A DNA stretch of 64,000 nt from the human T2T-CHM13v2.0 reference genome, Homo sapiens. Made by a program: the position numbers and the translations under genes. Location: NCBI RefSeq assembly GCF_009914755.1, contig NC_060944.1. One strand, written 5' to 3'. Below, one piece after another: positions 14,821 to 27,955 of this stretch (positions are counted from its first letter, which is position 1; every line of letters starts with the position of its first letter). The notes beneath the pieces were generated by a model. That model was not told the DNA's origin and made no database searches. It saw only the letters and a program-made list of their open reading frames with translations.

Positions 14821-15047
14821 ATGCTGAGGAACCTGTATTAGAGAGCTTCAGCAACTTGCCCACGGTTAAACACCTTGGAAGTGACATAACTGAGATTTGA
14901 TCTCTATCTGCCTCTGTATCCCTCACATTCCCACTCATATGTCCTGCCACACATGGAGGTATGGACTGTCCTCTCCTATTTCTTCGGTATGATTGGATCT
15001 GCATCTTGCCTCTTCCTCTATTTTCAGGGTGAGTGTTCTGCTGCTTT

Positions 15048-15475
15048 TGTTACAGGTAGTCAGACAGGCATAAGCGGGGCAGGAGAGGGCTCTTTTCCCC
15101 TGCCCGCTAGGAATGTCAGGTGATCATTCGACAACTATCACACTGTCTCTATAAAAATGATAATTCAGCAGCTGGCACCAGGGTGCCAGGGAGAGACAGT
15201 CTCCTGATGATCCATAGCTGTTAACATTATTGTGTTAAATGAATGCAGATGTGAGGGGGAAGCAACTTCCTGGGCATGCACATTAAGAGACAAAATGGTG
15301 AAGTATGACCTTCCGGGGGACACTCCACTGGAAAAGGGAAGAACGCCTCAGATGGGGATGCATACAACTTCCTAAACACATTGCACGTGCTCACCTCCTA
15401 AGGGTCAGGAGGGCACTGCACATGTGGGCAGCCCAGCCCACACTAAGGATGAATCATAAGAGAGGGGAGAACATA
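15048..15475 (+). mobile_element. MER50 ERV1 LTR, 3'-truncated
   Basis: TGTTACAGGTAGTCAGACAGGCATAAGCGGGGCAGGAGAGGGCTC start and AAGAGACAAAATGG core. Confidence 0.8.
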
Positions 15476-15832
15476 CATGACTGTTCCAGTTGCTCCATAT
15501 CTTCATCAGCCTTTAGTTTTGTTCTTTTTAATCCTCACCTTTCTCAGATGGGTGTGGTGGTCCATCTCTTTATGGCTTTAATTTGAATTTCCCCGATGCA
15601 AGTGATGTTAAACACTTTTTCATGTGCTTATTGGCCATTCATATATCACCTTCTGTGCAGTGTGTATTCAGGCCTCTTGTCTATTTAAACATTTTGATTG
15701 TTTGACATTTTATTATTGATTTATAGGAATTTGTTATGTATTTTGGATACAGGTTCTTTGCCAGATGTGTGTATTATGATTACTGTCACATAGTCTACGA
15801 CTTGCCTTTTACTTTTCTTAATAATGTCTTTT

Positions 15833-16491
15833 TTTTTTTTTTTAAAAAAAAAAAAACCTTTTAGGTTCAGGGGTACATGTGCAGGTTTGTTATATAGGTA
15901 AATGTGCCACGGGGGTTTGTTGTATGTATTATTTCATCACCCAGGTATTAAGCCTATTACCCAATAGTTATTTTTTCTACTACTCTCTTTCCTGCCACCA
16001 TCCTCCACTCTCAAGTAGGCCCCAGTATCTGTTGTTCCCTTCTTTGTGTTCACGAGTTCTTATCATTTAGCTCACACTTATAAGTGTGAACATGTGGTAT
16101 TTAGTTTTCTGTTCCCGTGTAGTTTGCTGAAGATAATAGCCTCTAGCTCAATCCATGTTCACACAAAAGACATGATGTCATTCTTTTTTATGGCTGCATA
16201 ATTTTTCATGGTATATATGTACCACATTTTCTTTTTCCAATCTTTCATTGATGAGAATTTAGGTTGGTTCCATGTCTTTGCTATTGCGAATAGTGCTGCA
16301 ATGAACATTCACGTGCGTGTGTCTTTATGGTAGAATGGTTTATATTCCTCTGGGTATAAACCTTGGGATTGCTGGGTTGAATAGTAGTTCTGTTTTCATC
16401 TCTTTGAGGAATTGCCATACTGCTTTCCACAATAGTTAAACTAGTTTATACTCCCACCAACAGTGTGTAAGTGTTCCTTTTCTCCACAGTC
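15833..16491 (-). mobile_element. L1PA (old, ~PA13-16) 3' end, 5'-truncated
   Basis: GGTTCAGGGGTACATGTGCAGGTTTGTTATATAGGTAA 3'UTR; TSD TAAT(A/G)ATGTCTTTT at 15819-15832 and 16492-16505. Confidence 0.88.
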
Positions 16492-16629
16492 TAATGATGT
16501 CTTTTCAAGAGTACAAATTAATAACTTCAAAATCCAATTATAAGTTTCTTATGATGAGTGCTTTATATGTCCTAAGAAATCTTTGTCTATGTTAAGTTTA
16601 AGAAAATATTCACCTATATTTTCTTATAG

Positions 16630-16994
<365 letters not shown>

Positions 16995-17549
16995 TGTATC
17001 CTTAAATTTCTTATAGAGAAGATAACCTTACAATTGTATCCTTAAATTCATATGATACAATTCTTACAATTGTATCATATGAATTTATATGTAGGTTTAC
17101 AATACAATTTGAATTGATTTATATGTATGGTATGAGGTAGGGGTTGAGGTTCATATTTTTTCTCTACCTATTTATCTAGTTGTTAAGCACCAATTGCTGA
17201 AAGGCAATTCCTTTCTCCACTGAATTGCTACAGTGGGGATTTATTATTCACTCATCAAACAACCAAATTTGCATTTGTCAATTATTTTTCAAGGAAGACC
17301 ATCTCAATTTATTACCTTTTGTCTTCTAGATATTTGACAACCATTATATGCCACCATTTTTATATTTACATGGCAATCAGATATGTGAAGTAATGAAGAA
17401 GTCAGTTGAGGCCATCATGTCCTTTGAAATTTAAGTAAAATTGTTTTGAATCTAAATTCCCAAGACAATTAAAAGAGAACTTCCACAGACTACCAGTACA
17501 CATTATCTACCCCCAGCCTTTGCATCCTTTTCATTCTGCACATTAGTCT

Positions 17550-18170
17550 ACTTATTATCCACATTCCTGTCTGAAGCCAAACTCTTCACTTGAAACACCA
17601 AATCTTACTCCATTGCTCTACAAAATTTCCCATCTATTTCCTGACTCATCAGTTCACTGAATCATTTTCAACAGCATATAATTGCACTCCTATTTTTCTA
17701 TCCTAAGAAAAGCCCTTCTCATGTCTCCACTTCTCACTAAATACTTTCTCTGTTTCTCTTTGCAGAAAAATTATTTTAAAGAGTTGTCTACATTTGATGT
17801 TTCCAGTTCTTCTCCTCCTGTTCTTTCTTAAATATATGCAATCACCTTCACTATTCCACAAACATTGCTCTTGTCAAGGTTAAAAGTACAAGAAAAGTCA
17901 CCTATGACAGCAATTGCTAAAAACTAGTGGTCAATTTTTAGTCTTGATCTTACTAGACCTATCAGCATCATTCAACACCACTCTTCACTTGACTGTTAGG
18001 ACACTACACTCTGATGCTTTATCTTCTACTTTGTTGTTGCTTCTTCTCAGTCTCCTTTGCTGGCTCCTCCTTACTCCTCTGATCTCTTAAGGTTGTAGTA
18101 CTCCTGGACTCAGTGCTTTTTGTCTTCTCTGTTGGCATTCACTCTCTTGTGCATCATACTGTTGGTTAAC
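17550..18170 (+). mobile_element. L2 LINE fragment covering part of the RT region
   Basis: ATCTTACTAGACCTATCAGCATCATTCAACACC translates as ILLDLSASFNT (L2 LLDLSAAFDT motif); CTTCTCAGTCTCCTTTGCTGGCTCCTCC. Confidence 0.75.
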
Positions 18171-19119
18171 TTTGTATAACCTCATATGCTGTCGACTTTC
18201 ACATGCCTCTTTCAAAGATGCCTGTGACTTCCTTCCTCCAAAAGTTCCCTCATATATTCATCCATATTTCCCTATGTTTGTGAGATTCCACTGCCCATTT
18301 TGGACTTTCTCTAGAACTTCAACTCTCCTGTCTTTATTAGGAAAGATTGTTAGCATTCTACTGATTCTTCAGCGCTGCCCACTATAGCATGGAACCTTCA
18401 TACAACACTACCTCAGAAGACCACAGTCTGGTTGTTTGTTATGTGAAAATACTTCCTTTGTAAAAGTATAGATCTGATAAGTCATTAGGAGAGTATGGCC
18501 TGGCAAGGCTGAGCCCATTTTATCCCATTGAAATAATTTATGTAAGTTAGGACTAAGGAAGGGAATCCAATTATGAGCTATTCCACAGTCTCTATAGTTC
18601 GGCCTATGTTAGAAGTTTTGCATGATAGTTAATTTGTAAAATATCTGTCAGGGAACAGGGGAAGCCTTTCTCTCAGCAATCCAAGTGAAAAAGGAAGTAT
18701 GGCAATTGATAATGTAACTGTCAATCTTCCTGAGTAAAACAGAGGGAGGTAAGTTCCCTTGCAGGGGTTCTCAGTTTGGGTGTTTCCAGAAGTGACCCAT
18801 TAGGCGAGGAAGTGAGGGCAAGTAGCTTATTTGGAAGGTTTCCCAAGAAGCACTATCATGCACATTTTGGTTGTTTCTAACTTTTTACAACTGACTATAT
18901 ACTTGGTTTTTACGTGTGTGAATATTGCAGTATGATACATTTCAAGAAGTGGCCTGTGCTGGCTAAGTCTATGTACACTTAAAATCTTGATAGATGACAA
19001 AAACTTAAATCTTAATTTAAAATCTCCCATACTTTAGGCCACCTTTTTTCAGGGTCTTTTCTCATGTCACCTTTTTTCAGGGCCCCATTCATCTGTTATT
19101 TTGCATCATCTATTACCCC

Positions 19120-19710
19120 CTTCAACTTCTTACTTCTGCCTTTGTCCAACTCAGATTTCATGGTATAAAATTATAATCATTCCCATGAGAACATTTTTGA
19201 TGCTTCTGTTCTCTCTGTCATATTCCTTTGCAAAACTGCCCATGAGTTAAGCCCAATTGTCCATTCATTCCCTCCTTATGCTTAAGCAGCTGAACATAAC
19301 TAGAGAAAATCAAATGGTATTGTCATCTGGACTCACTTCAACTTATGACCACAAATCTCAAAGGTGCACTCAGTTCTTCCAGACAATTCTGCTACACATC
19401 CCTGGTGAATTTAGTTCCCAGTTCTCAGTGATGACTATTTTGTAGCTTCTTTTCATCGTCCCCACCTCACTGCATCTTAGCTTGCAAATTTGCCTCATAT
19501 TTTATAGAGAAATTAGATACATTTGCATGAGAGTACATCTTGTAAATATGGAATTTGCCAGTCTATTTGCTTCTCTCCTCATTTACTGTGATGCAAGAGG
19601 CATTCCTGCTCCTATCTTAGACCAATCCTCTATTCTATCACTTTGCCTTCTCAAGCAGTTTGCACCTAGAATCATTCCTACTCTCTCCTTCATTATGAGT
19701 TTATCCTGTT
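19120..19710 (+). mobile_element. L2 fragment
   Basis: AAGCAGCTGAACATAACTAGAGAAAATC and ATGACCACAAATCTCAA, pyrimidine-rich L2 ORF2 remnant. Confidence 0.55.
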
Positions 19711-19856
19711 CTATTTTTGATGGCCTTTTGGATTGTTTTCAGTTTTTTTTTCTTCTGTCATTAAGAACAATTATACTATGAACTTTTATAATGTATGTAG
19801 TAGAATATTTATGGAGAAATTTTTTAGGGTAAATAGCTGGAAATGGAACTTCTGAG

Positions 19857-20200
19857 GGTAGCAGAATTTGCTAGTGCTCACCAATATCTGTGTTTTCATT
19901 TCCTGTGAATACAGACTAAGTTTTTCAGCTTCCCTTGTAGTTAGACAAGGCCTTTGAGTTCTGGCTAATGGAACGTATAAGCAGACTGATATTTGCCGTG
20001 TCTAGTCCTGGTCCATAAAAATGTCCATGCAGCAATCCTTACTTTCTCTCCGTGTATGACTATGTGGATTAGTATACTGCTCCCTTCCCCCATGTCGTGA
20101 GCAAGGGATTAACTTTTATTATGTTAAATTTCTAATATTTGAGGTAGCTTTAGAAATTTATTTATTAACTTTATTACAAAGTTAACTCACCCTGACAATA
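19857..20200 (+). mobile_element. Old MaLR LTR (MLT1I/J-like) inside L1ME fragments
   Basis: CAGCTTCCCTTGTAGTTAG...GAGTTCTGGCTAATGGAA motif; flanked by antisense L1ME pieces (about 19720-19856 and 20200-20600). Confidence 0.55.
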
Positions 20201-20627
20201 CCCTGGGTCTTAGAGAATAAAATGTTCAATTTATTAGGTAATGGCAAACTGTTTTTCAAAGATACTCTTATACTCTGCCCAACTGTGTATGAGATTTTCT
20301 TTTGCTACATATCCTTATCAACACGTGGCATTTTCCAATTTAATAAATTTTACTAATCTTATGAGTATTAAGTGGTATCTCAGTTTGCATTTAGTTTTTA
20401 TTTCCTTAATTACTAATAAAGTCAGTCAACTTTTTATATGTTTATGGGCCATTTATATTTCCTTTTCCAAGTGTCTGTTTGAGTGATTTTCTGATTTTTC
20501 CGTTGAGTTGCTTATCTTTTCTTTGTATGCATTAAAAAAAGTCTTTATATGTCATGAAAACCAATGCTTTGTCAATCATATATGCTGCAAATGTCCTTTT
20601 TTTTAAGAATTTGACTTTGGGTAAGAT

Positions 20628-23187
20628 TTTTTAGATTTAATTTTTAATTTTTGTGGGTACACAGTAGGTGTATATATTCATGGGGTACATGAGATATTTT
20701 GACACAGGCATACAATGTGTAATAATCACCTCAGGGTAAATGGGTTACCCATCACCTCAAGCATTTATCCTTTCTTTGTGTTACAAGCAATCTTATTAAA
20801 CATTTTTAGTTATTTTAAAATGTACAATAAATTATTGTTGACTGTATTAACCCTGTTGTGCTATCAAACATTAGGTATTATTCATTCTATCTAACTGTAT
20901 TTTTGTACTCATTAACTATTTCCACTCCTGCCCCTACAACTACCTTTCCCAGGCTCTGTTAACCATCATTCTATTCTCTATCTCTGTATGTTTAATTGCT
21001 CTAATTTTTAGCTCCCACAAATAAGCGAGAACATGCAAAGATTGTCTTTCTGTGCCTGGTTTATTTCAATTGACATAATGACCTCCCGTTCCATCTACGT
21101 TTTTGTAAATGACAGGATCTCATTCTTTTTTGTATGGCTGAATAGTACTCCATTGTGTATATGTACCGCATTTTTAAAAATCCATTCATCTGTTGATGAA
21201 CACAGGTTGATTCCTTATCTTGGCTATTGTGAATAGTGTTGCAATAAACATGGGATTGCAGATAACACTTCAAAATATGATTTCCTTTCTTTTGCTTATA
21301 TACCTAGAGTAGATTGCTGGATCATATAGTAGTTCGATTTTTAGTTTTTTGAGGAACTCCAAACTGTTCTTTATTGTGTTTGTACTAATTTATATTCCTA
21401 CCAACAGTGTATGATGACTTCCTTTTCTCCACATCCTAGTCAGCATTTGCTGTTGCCTGTCTTTGGAGAAAAGCCATTTTTAACTGAGATGATATGATAT
21501 TGCATTGTAGTTTTGATTTGTACTTCTCTGATGATTAATGATGTTGAGCACCTTTTCATGTACCTGTTTGCTAATTTGTATGTCTTTTGAGAAATGCCTA
21601 TTCACATCTTTTGCCCATTTTTAAATTGGATTAGTAGATTTTTTCTATAGAGTTGTTTGAGTTTCTTACATATTCTGGTTATTAATCCCCTGTCAGATGA
21701 ATAGTTGGAAAATATTTTCTCCTGTTCTGTGTGTTACCTTTTTACTTTGTTGATTTTTTCCTTTGCTGTGCAGAGCTTTTTAACTGGATGTGATCCCATG
21801 TGTCCATTTTTGCTTTGGTTGCCTGTGCTTGTGAAGTATTATTACTCAAGAAATCTTTGTCTAGTCCAATGTCCTGAAGAGTTTCCCCAAAGTTTTCTTA
21901 CAGTAGTTTCGTAGTCTGAGGTCTTAGATTTAAGTCTTTAACCATTTTGACACAATTTTTAAATATGATTAGATAGGGATCTAGTTTCATTTCCCTGCCC
22001 ATGGATATCTAGTTTTTCCAGTACCATTTATTGAATAGACTGTTCTTTCCCCAATGTATGTTCACAGTTTTGTCAAAGATGAGTTCACTGTAGGTGTATG
22101 GATTTGTTTCTTGGTTCTCCAATCTGTTCCATAGGTCTATGTGTCTGTTTTTATGCCAGTGCCAGGCTGTTTTAGTTACTATAACTCTCTAGTGTAATTT
22201 GAAGTCAGGTATGTGATTCCTCCAGTTTTGTACTTTTACTCAGAATAGCTTCAGCTATTCTGGGTGTTTTGTGCTTCCATATCAATTTTAGGGTAAGAAA
22301 ATATTCTGTGAAGAATGTCATTGGTATTTTGATTGGGATTGCATTGAATCTGTAGATTGCCTTGGGTAATATGGACATTTTAACAATATTCATTCTTCCA
22401 ATCCATGAACATGGAGTATCTTTCGATTTTTTGTGTCCTCTTCAATTTTTTTCATCAATGTTTTATAATTTTCCTTGTAGAGATCTTTAACTTCTTTGGT
22501 TAATTCTTAGGTATTTTATTTTATTTGTAGCTATCATAAGTGGGATGACTTTCTTATTTTTCAGTTTGTTCACTGCTGGCATATGTAAATGATACTTTTT
22601 TAATATATTGATTTTGTATTCTGCAAATTTACTAAATTCATTTATTAGTTCTAGTAGTTTTTTGGTGAAATCTTTACATTTCTCCAAATAGAATAAGATC
22701 ATATCATCTGCAAACAAGGATAATTTTGACTTCTTCCTTTCTAGTTTGGATGCCCTTTATTTCTTTCTCTTGTTTGATTGCTCTAGGTAGGACTTCCAGC
22801 ATTGTGTTGAATAATGATGGTGAAAGTGGGCATCCTTTTTGCATTTCTGATCTTACAGGAGAGGCTTTCAGTTTTTCACCATTCAGTATGATACTAGCTG
22901 TGGGTCTGTCATGTATGGCATTTATTATGTTAAGGTATGTTCCTCTTATATCCAGTTTTTTTGAGGGTTATTTTTTATCATGAAGGGATGTTGAATTTTA
23001 TCACATGATTTTTCAGCATCGATTGAAATAATCATATGGTTTTTGTCCTTCATTCTGTTGGTATGATGTATGACATTGATTGATTTGTGTATGTTGAAAC
23101 ATCCTTGCATCCCTGAATGCATAATGAATGATCTTTTCAATGTGTGTGGCATTTGGTTTGCTAGGACTTTGTTGGGGATTTTTGCAT
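20628..23187 (-). mobile_element. L1MA (MA2/3-like) 3' UTR plus decayed ORF2
   Basis: 3'UTR TTTTGTGGGTACACAGTAGGTGTATATATT; ORF remnants LFADDMI (RT), [22 protein letters not shown] and EYYSAIK on the minus strand. Confidence 0.93.
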
Positions 23188-23596
23188 ATCAAAACCTATG
23201 GGATACAGAGAAAGTAGTACTAAGGGAAAAGTTTCTGGCTATAAGCACCTACATCAAAAAAGTAGAAAAACTTCAAACAAACAACCTAACAATGCATCTT
23301 AAAGAAGTAGAAAAGAAAGAGCAAATCAAACTCAAATTTAATAGAAGAAAATAAATAATACAGATCAGAACAGAAATAGATGAAATTGCCAAGTAGAAAA
23401 CAATACAAAATATCAATGGAATGAGAAGTTTATTTTTTGAAAAGATAAAACAAAATTGACAAACCTTTAGCCAGACTAACTGAGAAAAAAAGAAAGAAGA
23501 GCCAAATAAATAAAATCAGAGATGAAAAAGGAGACATTACTAATTATACCAGAGAAATTCAAAGGATCATTAGAGGCTACTATAAGCAACTATATG
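23185..23596 (+). mobile_element. Inverted 5' segment of the same L1MA (ORF2 linker region)
   Basis: Plus-strand [40 protein letters not shown]...[13 protein letters not shown] directly abutting the minus-strand part. Confidence 0.88.
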
Positions 23597-23934
23597 TCTT
23601 TGTAAAGGTCTGAAGTAATTTAGCACCTTTATTTTCAGACCCAATATTCACACTAAGATCCCTTACCAGGGTTCAGTTTGTTTAGAATGTGATCCCCAAG
23701 GCCAGGAGGTGAACCCTTAATGTGTATAGGGGAGGGAGGGAGATGAGTCCGACTGATCCAGCTCTTTCAATAGCTTGCCTTTAGTTAATGGCCTCGATGA
23801 ATGCTATGGGTTCTCTTTAATGATGTCTTTCGTATAATTTGGGCAGTGTTTTTCCTTTCTTATGCTTCTTTGTCCTTCTAGTCCTTTTCCTTTTTAGTAA
23901 TTCTTCAGAACTTCTCACTTAATATTTACCTCCT

Positions 23935-24265
23935 TGTAATGGTTAACTTTATATGTTAACTTACAGGGTATTTTCGGGTGAGATGAACATTTAAATTGGT
24001 GAACTTTGAGTAAGTAGCTCTCTATAATATGGGTGGGGCTCATCCAATCAATTGATTGCCTGACTAGAACAAAATGATTGGCATCCTTTCGCAGGAAGGT
24101 ATTCTCCAGCCAACTGCCTTTAGCGAGGAACTGTATTTACCTTCCCGGGCTGTCCTCCAGCTCCAGCCTGCCAGCCCATGCTGCAGCTTTTGGACTTACT
24201 AGTATCCATAATTATGTGACTAATTGCATATAATCAATCTCTCTCCCTCTTTCCCTAGACACATA

Positions 24266-24304
<39 letters not shown>

Positions 24305-24346
24305 ATTCTATTGGTTCTGTTTCCCTGCAGAACCCTGACTAATACA
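23935..24346 (+). mobile_element. MLT2 (B/D-like) ERVL solo LTR
   Basis: TGTAATGGTTAACTTTATATGTTAACTT start; CTATTGGTTCTGTTTCCCTGCAGAACCCTGACTAATACA end. Confidence 0.85.
24269..24302. repeat. (AC)17 microsatellite
   Basis: Perfect dinucleotide run inside MLT2. Confidence 0.95.
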
Positions 24347-24814
24347 TCCTTAGACCCTTTTTGATTGGTTATTTCTGCTGTTATTCATTTACATTCCTTA
24401 AAATCTCGGTTTTGTCATTGTAGGAGGAAAATTAGAAGACAAGTATCCTCATTTCCACCTGGATCCAGTCTTTCTTCCTTGTTACTTTTATTAACAATAT
24501 CAGTTAAGGTTTATATGGATGTCTTGCTTTAGCCTGTACAAAAACTACTTTGTATATGCCTTATTTTATTAATTTTGCTTTCATCAAATTCTCTGATCAT
24601 AACTCTATATTCTTGTAAGGAATGCTCAGAATTATACTATTTCACTCCAAATTTTATGATTATTGAGAAGAAACTGGGTATAGAAGGTTGTGGGACCAGT
24701 TTGTGATCTATTGCTTTAAAATTTGGTCAAGTCACTCAAATTCTCTAGCTGTACCTATGAAATAGCTTTAATATTTCAATCCCCTGCATTTTCTTTGCAT
24801 AATATGGAGTTTGA

Positions 24815-25060
24815 ATTGAAGTGGTCCTGAATTTGAGTGCTGCATATGCTACTTTTGAGATATATGATCTTGAGCAAGTTGCTTAATCACATTAAACCTC
24901 AATTCACTCATTTTTAAAATAGAATAAATAATAGCTACTTTACAGTGTTGAGAAAAGAATAAGATGAAACAGTTTATTAAAAACATAGAAGAGTGCTTAG
25001 GACATAATAAAGTCTACATAAATTGTGCCTATTGTTATTACTAATACCACTATTATTTTT
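24815..25060 (+). mobile_element. MIR
   Basis: TGATCTTGAGCAAGTTGCTTAATC...CCTCAATTCACTCATTTTTAAAATAG. Confidence 0.65.
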
Positions 25061-25072
25061 CTTCATTTTTTC

Positions 25073-25192
25073 CTTAATTCAATAAATGTTTATTAAAAGC
25101 CTACAATGTATCAGGCACTGCCCTAGGTACTTTGGAAACATCAATGAGCAGAACAGAAAAGAATGTTCTCTCATGGAGTTTATGTTCTGGTG
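25073..25192 (-). mobile_element. L2 3' end
   Basis: ATTCAATAAATGTTTATT...TCAGGCACTGCCCTAGGTAC...CTCTCATGGAGTTTATGTTCT. Confidence 0.7.
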
Positions 25193-25224
25193 GATTTATT
25201 ACTGTGGAATGGGATTGTGTGTAA

Positions 25225-25675
25225 TAAGATATTTTGTAAGCTATTGTGTTAATAACAAGCCATCTAAAACTTGTGTCCCCAGATGAGATACATTAAATCT
25301 GCAGATCGGCTGGGTGGTTCCTCAGGTTTTGGCTGTACTTGCCCACATGCCTGGGGGTCTGTGGGTTGTGTCTGACCTGGGATGGCCTCAGCAGGGATGA
25401 GTAGCACAGGACAGCTCAGATCTTCTCTCTGTGTGTCACCTTCTAGCAGGTTAACCCAGGAATGTTCTCATGGCAATGGCAGAGGAATAAGAGCAAGAGT
25501 AGAAACATGCAAGTGCTTTTTCGAGCCTCTGTAGCATGTCTGCCAACATCCCCTGGGCCACATCAAGACACTTGGCCAGCTCAGAGCCAGAGTGGGAGTT
25601 GCAGTACAATGTTACAAAGGGTGTGGATACAGGGAGGTGTGAAGAATTGGAACCATTAATGCAACCAATCTATCC
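25225..25675 (-). mobile_element. MLT1H-like MaLR LTR
   Basis: GGATGGCCTCAGC, TGTTCTCATGGCAATGGCAGAGG and AAAGGGTGTGGATACAGGGAGG motifs. Confidence 0.65.
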
Positions 25676-26939
25676 CATCTATAAAACACAATTTGGTGTA
25701 CTGATTATTTGTAGGTGTGGATACGTACATAGAAGGTTAATTCCTGAGACTGTTCTTTAAAGTCTTGAAGAAGTAGTATATGACATTTATTTCTACGTGC
25801 GTGGCTAGTCTGCTGGAAGTCCAGCTTTGAAACCAAACTTCAAGTTGTAAGAACACAGTGTTGAAGATCAAAGGCCTAGGTTAGCTCAGCCAGCAGGTTG
25901 GGCAGGCAAGTGGGAGCAAGGTGTGAACTGTTTCCAGAGGTCAGGGCCAAATGATGGGTCAGGAAGTTCAAGACAGGCACACGTTAATAGGTGGCCTAAT
26001 TGTCAGGCACCTGTGACATCACCTTGATACTGAAGCAACTCTCTGGCCTGGATGGCGGCATGAGATGTTAGTCTAAACCGGGGTCAGGAAAACACTCGGC
26101 TGGAGAGTAGGACCAAGTGAAGGCTGCTGGGAATGGACACAGACATCATCTACTAGAGGGGGCCACTTTATCATTTCACTTGTAAATGTAACTCTTGCCT
26201 GTCATTTAATGACTATCATGTGCACACATGCCTTCTTGTTTACCCACTAGTGATCCATAGCAAATCTGCTGCCTACTCTCCTAAGACTTGTTGATATACC
26301 TCCCTAGCATTTCTCTCCAGAGAGAAGTTTTAATGGTGCACCTCTGCACAGGTGTGCCTCCAGTGACTTCATTTGACCTTTTGATGAGTAGCCAGAAACA
26401 ATGATGATTCATGCCTATGTTCCCTTTCTTTCAATATTCAACATATTGGAATATGAATCTACTCTTCTGCATGGTCCTTCAAAGTTCATATTTTTTTCTT
26501 AATAAAACATTTTATGTACATTATAGTTGATGTTATTGAAACATCAACAAACAAAGCAAATATTTTGCCAAAGACGTTCTATAGAGCTCATTCCCTCTGC
26601 TTCCATACCTCCAAGAATAAAGCTTTTTATCTTCAGGAAGATGGTTTCTCTGCTCAGTGTTTGACCAGAAAATGACCAAACCGAGATGGAAGCTCCAAAT
26701 GGGAGGAGTCTTTGCATTGTGTCTCTGCCAGAGGTAGGTCTACCATCACTCAGAAGAAGGACTGGTTTGGGCCCTAACTTAGAATTGACATAGTTAAGTT
26801 ATTCTAATTAAGGCTAAACATGGGGTTACAATCAAATAATGGGTCACAGACTTGAGGCAGAAGGATGTATAGTAGGAACAGATCTAGAGAAGAAGCCAAA
26901 ACTCTTGGGTAAAAACACTAATATGATTGCATAGTTACA

Positions 26940-27127
26940 TGTTATAGGAGAGATTGTGTTCTCTGACCCCCTGTATTCAAATATTGAACTCCTAACCTCC
27001 AGTACCTAAGAATGTTACTTTATTTGCAAACGGAGTTGTTATAATTAATTAAGATGAGGTCATGCTGGAGTAGAGTGTGCCTCTAATCCGTTATGACTGG
27101 TATCTTTATAAAAAGGGGACATTTGGA

Positions 27128-27182
<55 letters not shown>

Positions 27183-27412
27183 GAGAATGCCATGTGAAGA
27201 CTGGAGTTATGCTGTCATAAACTAAGGAACATCAAGAGCTACCAGAAGCTGGAAGACACAAGGAAGAATCCTTTCCCTACAGGCTTCATAGGGAATATGG
27301 CCCTGTCAACACCTTGTTCTGGGACATCTAGCCTCCAGAGTTATGAGACAATACATATCTATTGTTTAAGCCACTCAGTAGTACTTTGTTATGGCAGCCC
27401 TAGCAAACTACT
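26940..27412 (+). mobile_element. MLT1C MaLR solo LTR
   Basis: AAGATGAGGTCATGCTGGAGTAG, CCAGAAGCTGGAAGA...AAGGAAGAATCC and TTTGTTATGGCAGCCCTAGCAAACTA. Confidence 0.85.
27127..27180. repeat. Compound (AC)n(GC)n(AC)n microsatellite
   Basis: 54-bp alternating purine-pyrimidine tract. Confidence 0.95.
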
Positions 27413-27614
27413 ACTTTATGCAAAGGCTGCTAACTCTTGGATAATGCCTGCTATAGCATTAATCAAGCGTCACATTTGTTATGTGATGGACAAAGACTGT
27501 GGATGGTGGATCCATGACTTGCCCTTGGAAACTCATTGTCAGAGCAGCTGTCCACAACTGTTCAAAGGTTCATTAGTCATGCAAAGGCACATGGAATGCA
27601 GTGGATGCTGCTAG

Positions 27615-27955
27615 TACCATGGCCAGGTTTTCTTTACTAGACTGAGGACGTATTCCCTGGCTGCTGTGTATATTGTCTGCTTTTCCTGAGGATTGCTGTC
27701 AGTCAAATAGAAGCCCCTTTACTATGTCTTTCCCTTCCCATTTTAGTGTGAAGCCATAAAGGAGTCTAACTCTGTGGTACCATTTGTGCTCCAGAGTTTC
27801 CCATGGGACCAGGCTGAGGCTAGACTCCAGCTGAGGCCACATCCTCGCTCAGCTCCTCCTCATTCCCTCCCCTGTTTCCCTCACTCCCCTTTTGAGAACT
27901 CATGCCCAATAAATACCTGCCTCAGACTGCGCTACCGGGGTACTTGACTTTAGAC
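27615..27955 (+). mobile_element. LTR16C-like ERVL LTR
   Basis: GCTCCAGAGTTTCCCATGGGACCAGGCTGAGGCTAGACTCCAGCTGAGGCCACATC motif. Confidence 0.65.

Noticed and set aside
22205-23354. RT-like ORFs ([25 protein letters not shown])
   Set aside because: Frameshifted, stop-riddled L1 ORF2 remnants; not an active or domesticated RT.
26148-26165. CTCF-like CTACTAGAGGGGGCC (and GTCACAAGTGGCGCT on the minus strand near 47286)
   Set aside because: Mismatches at high-information motif positions; not supportable without ChIP data.
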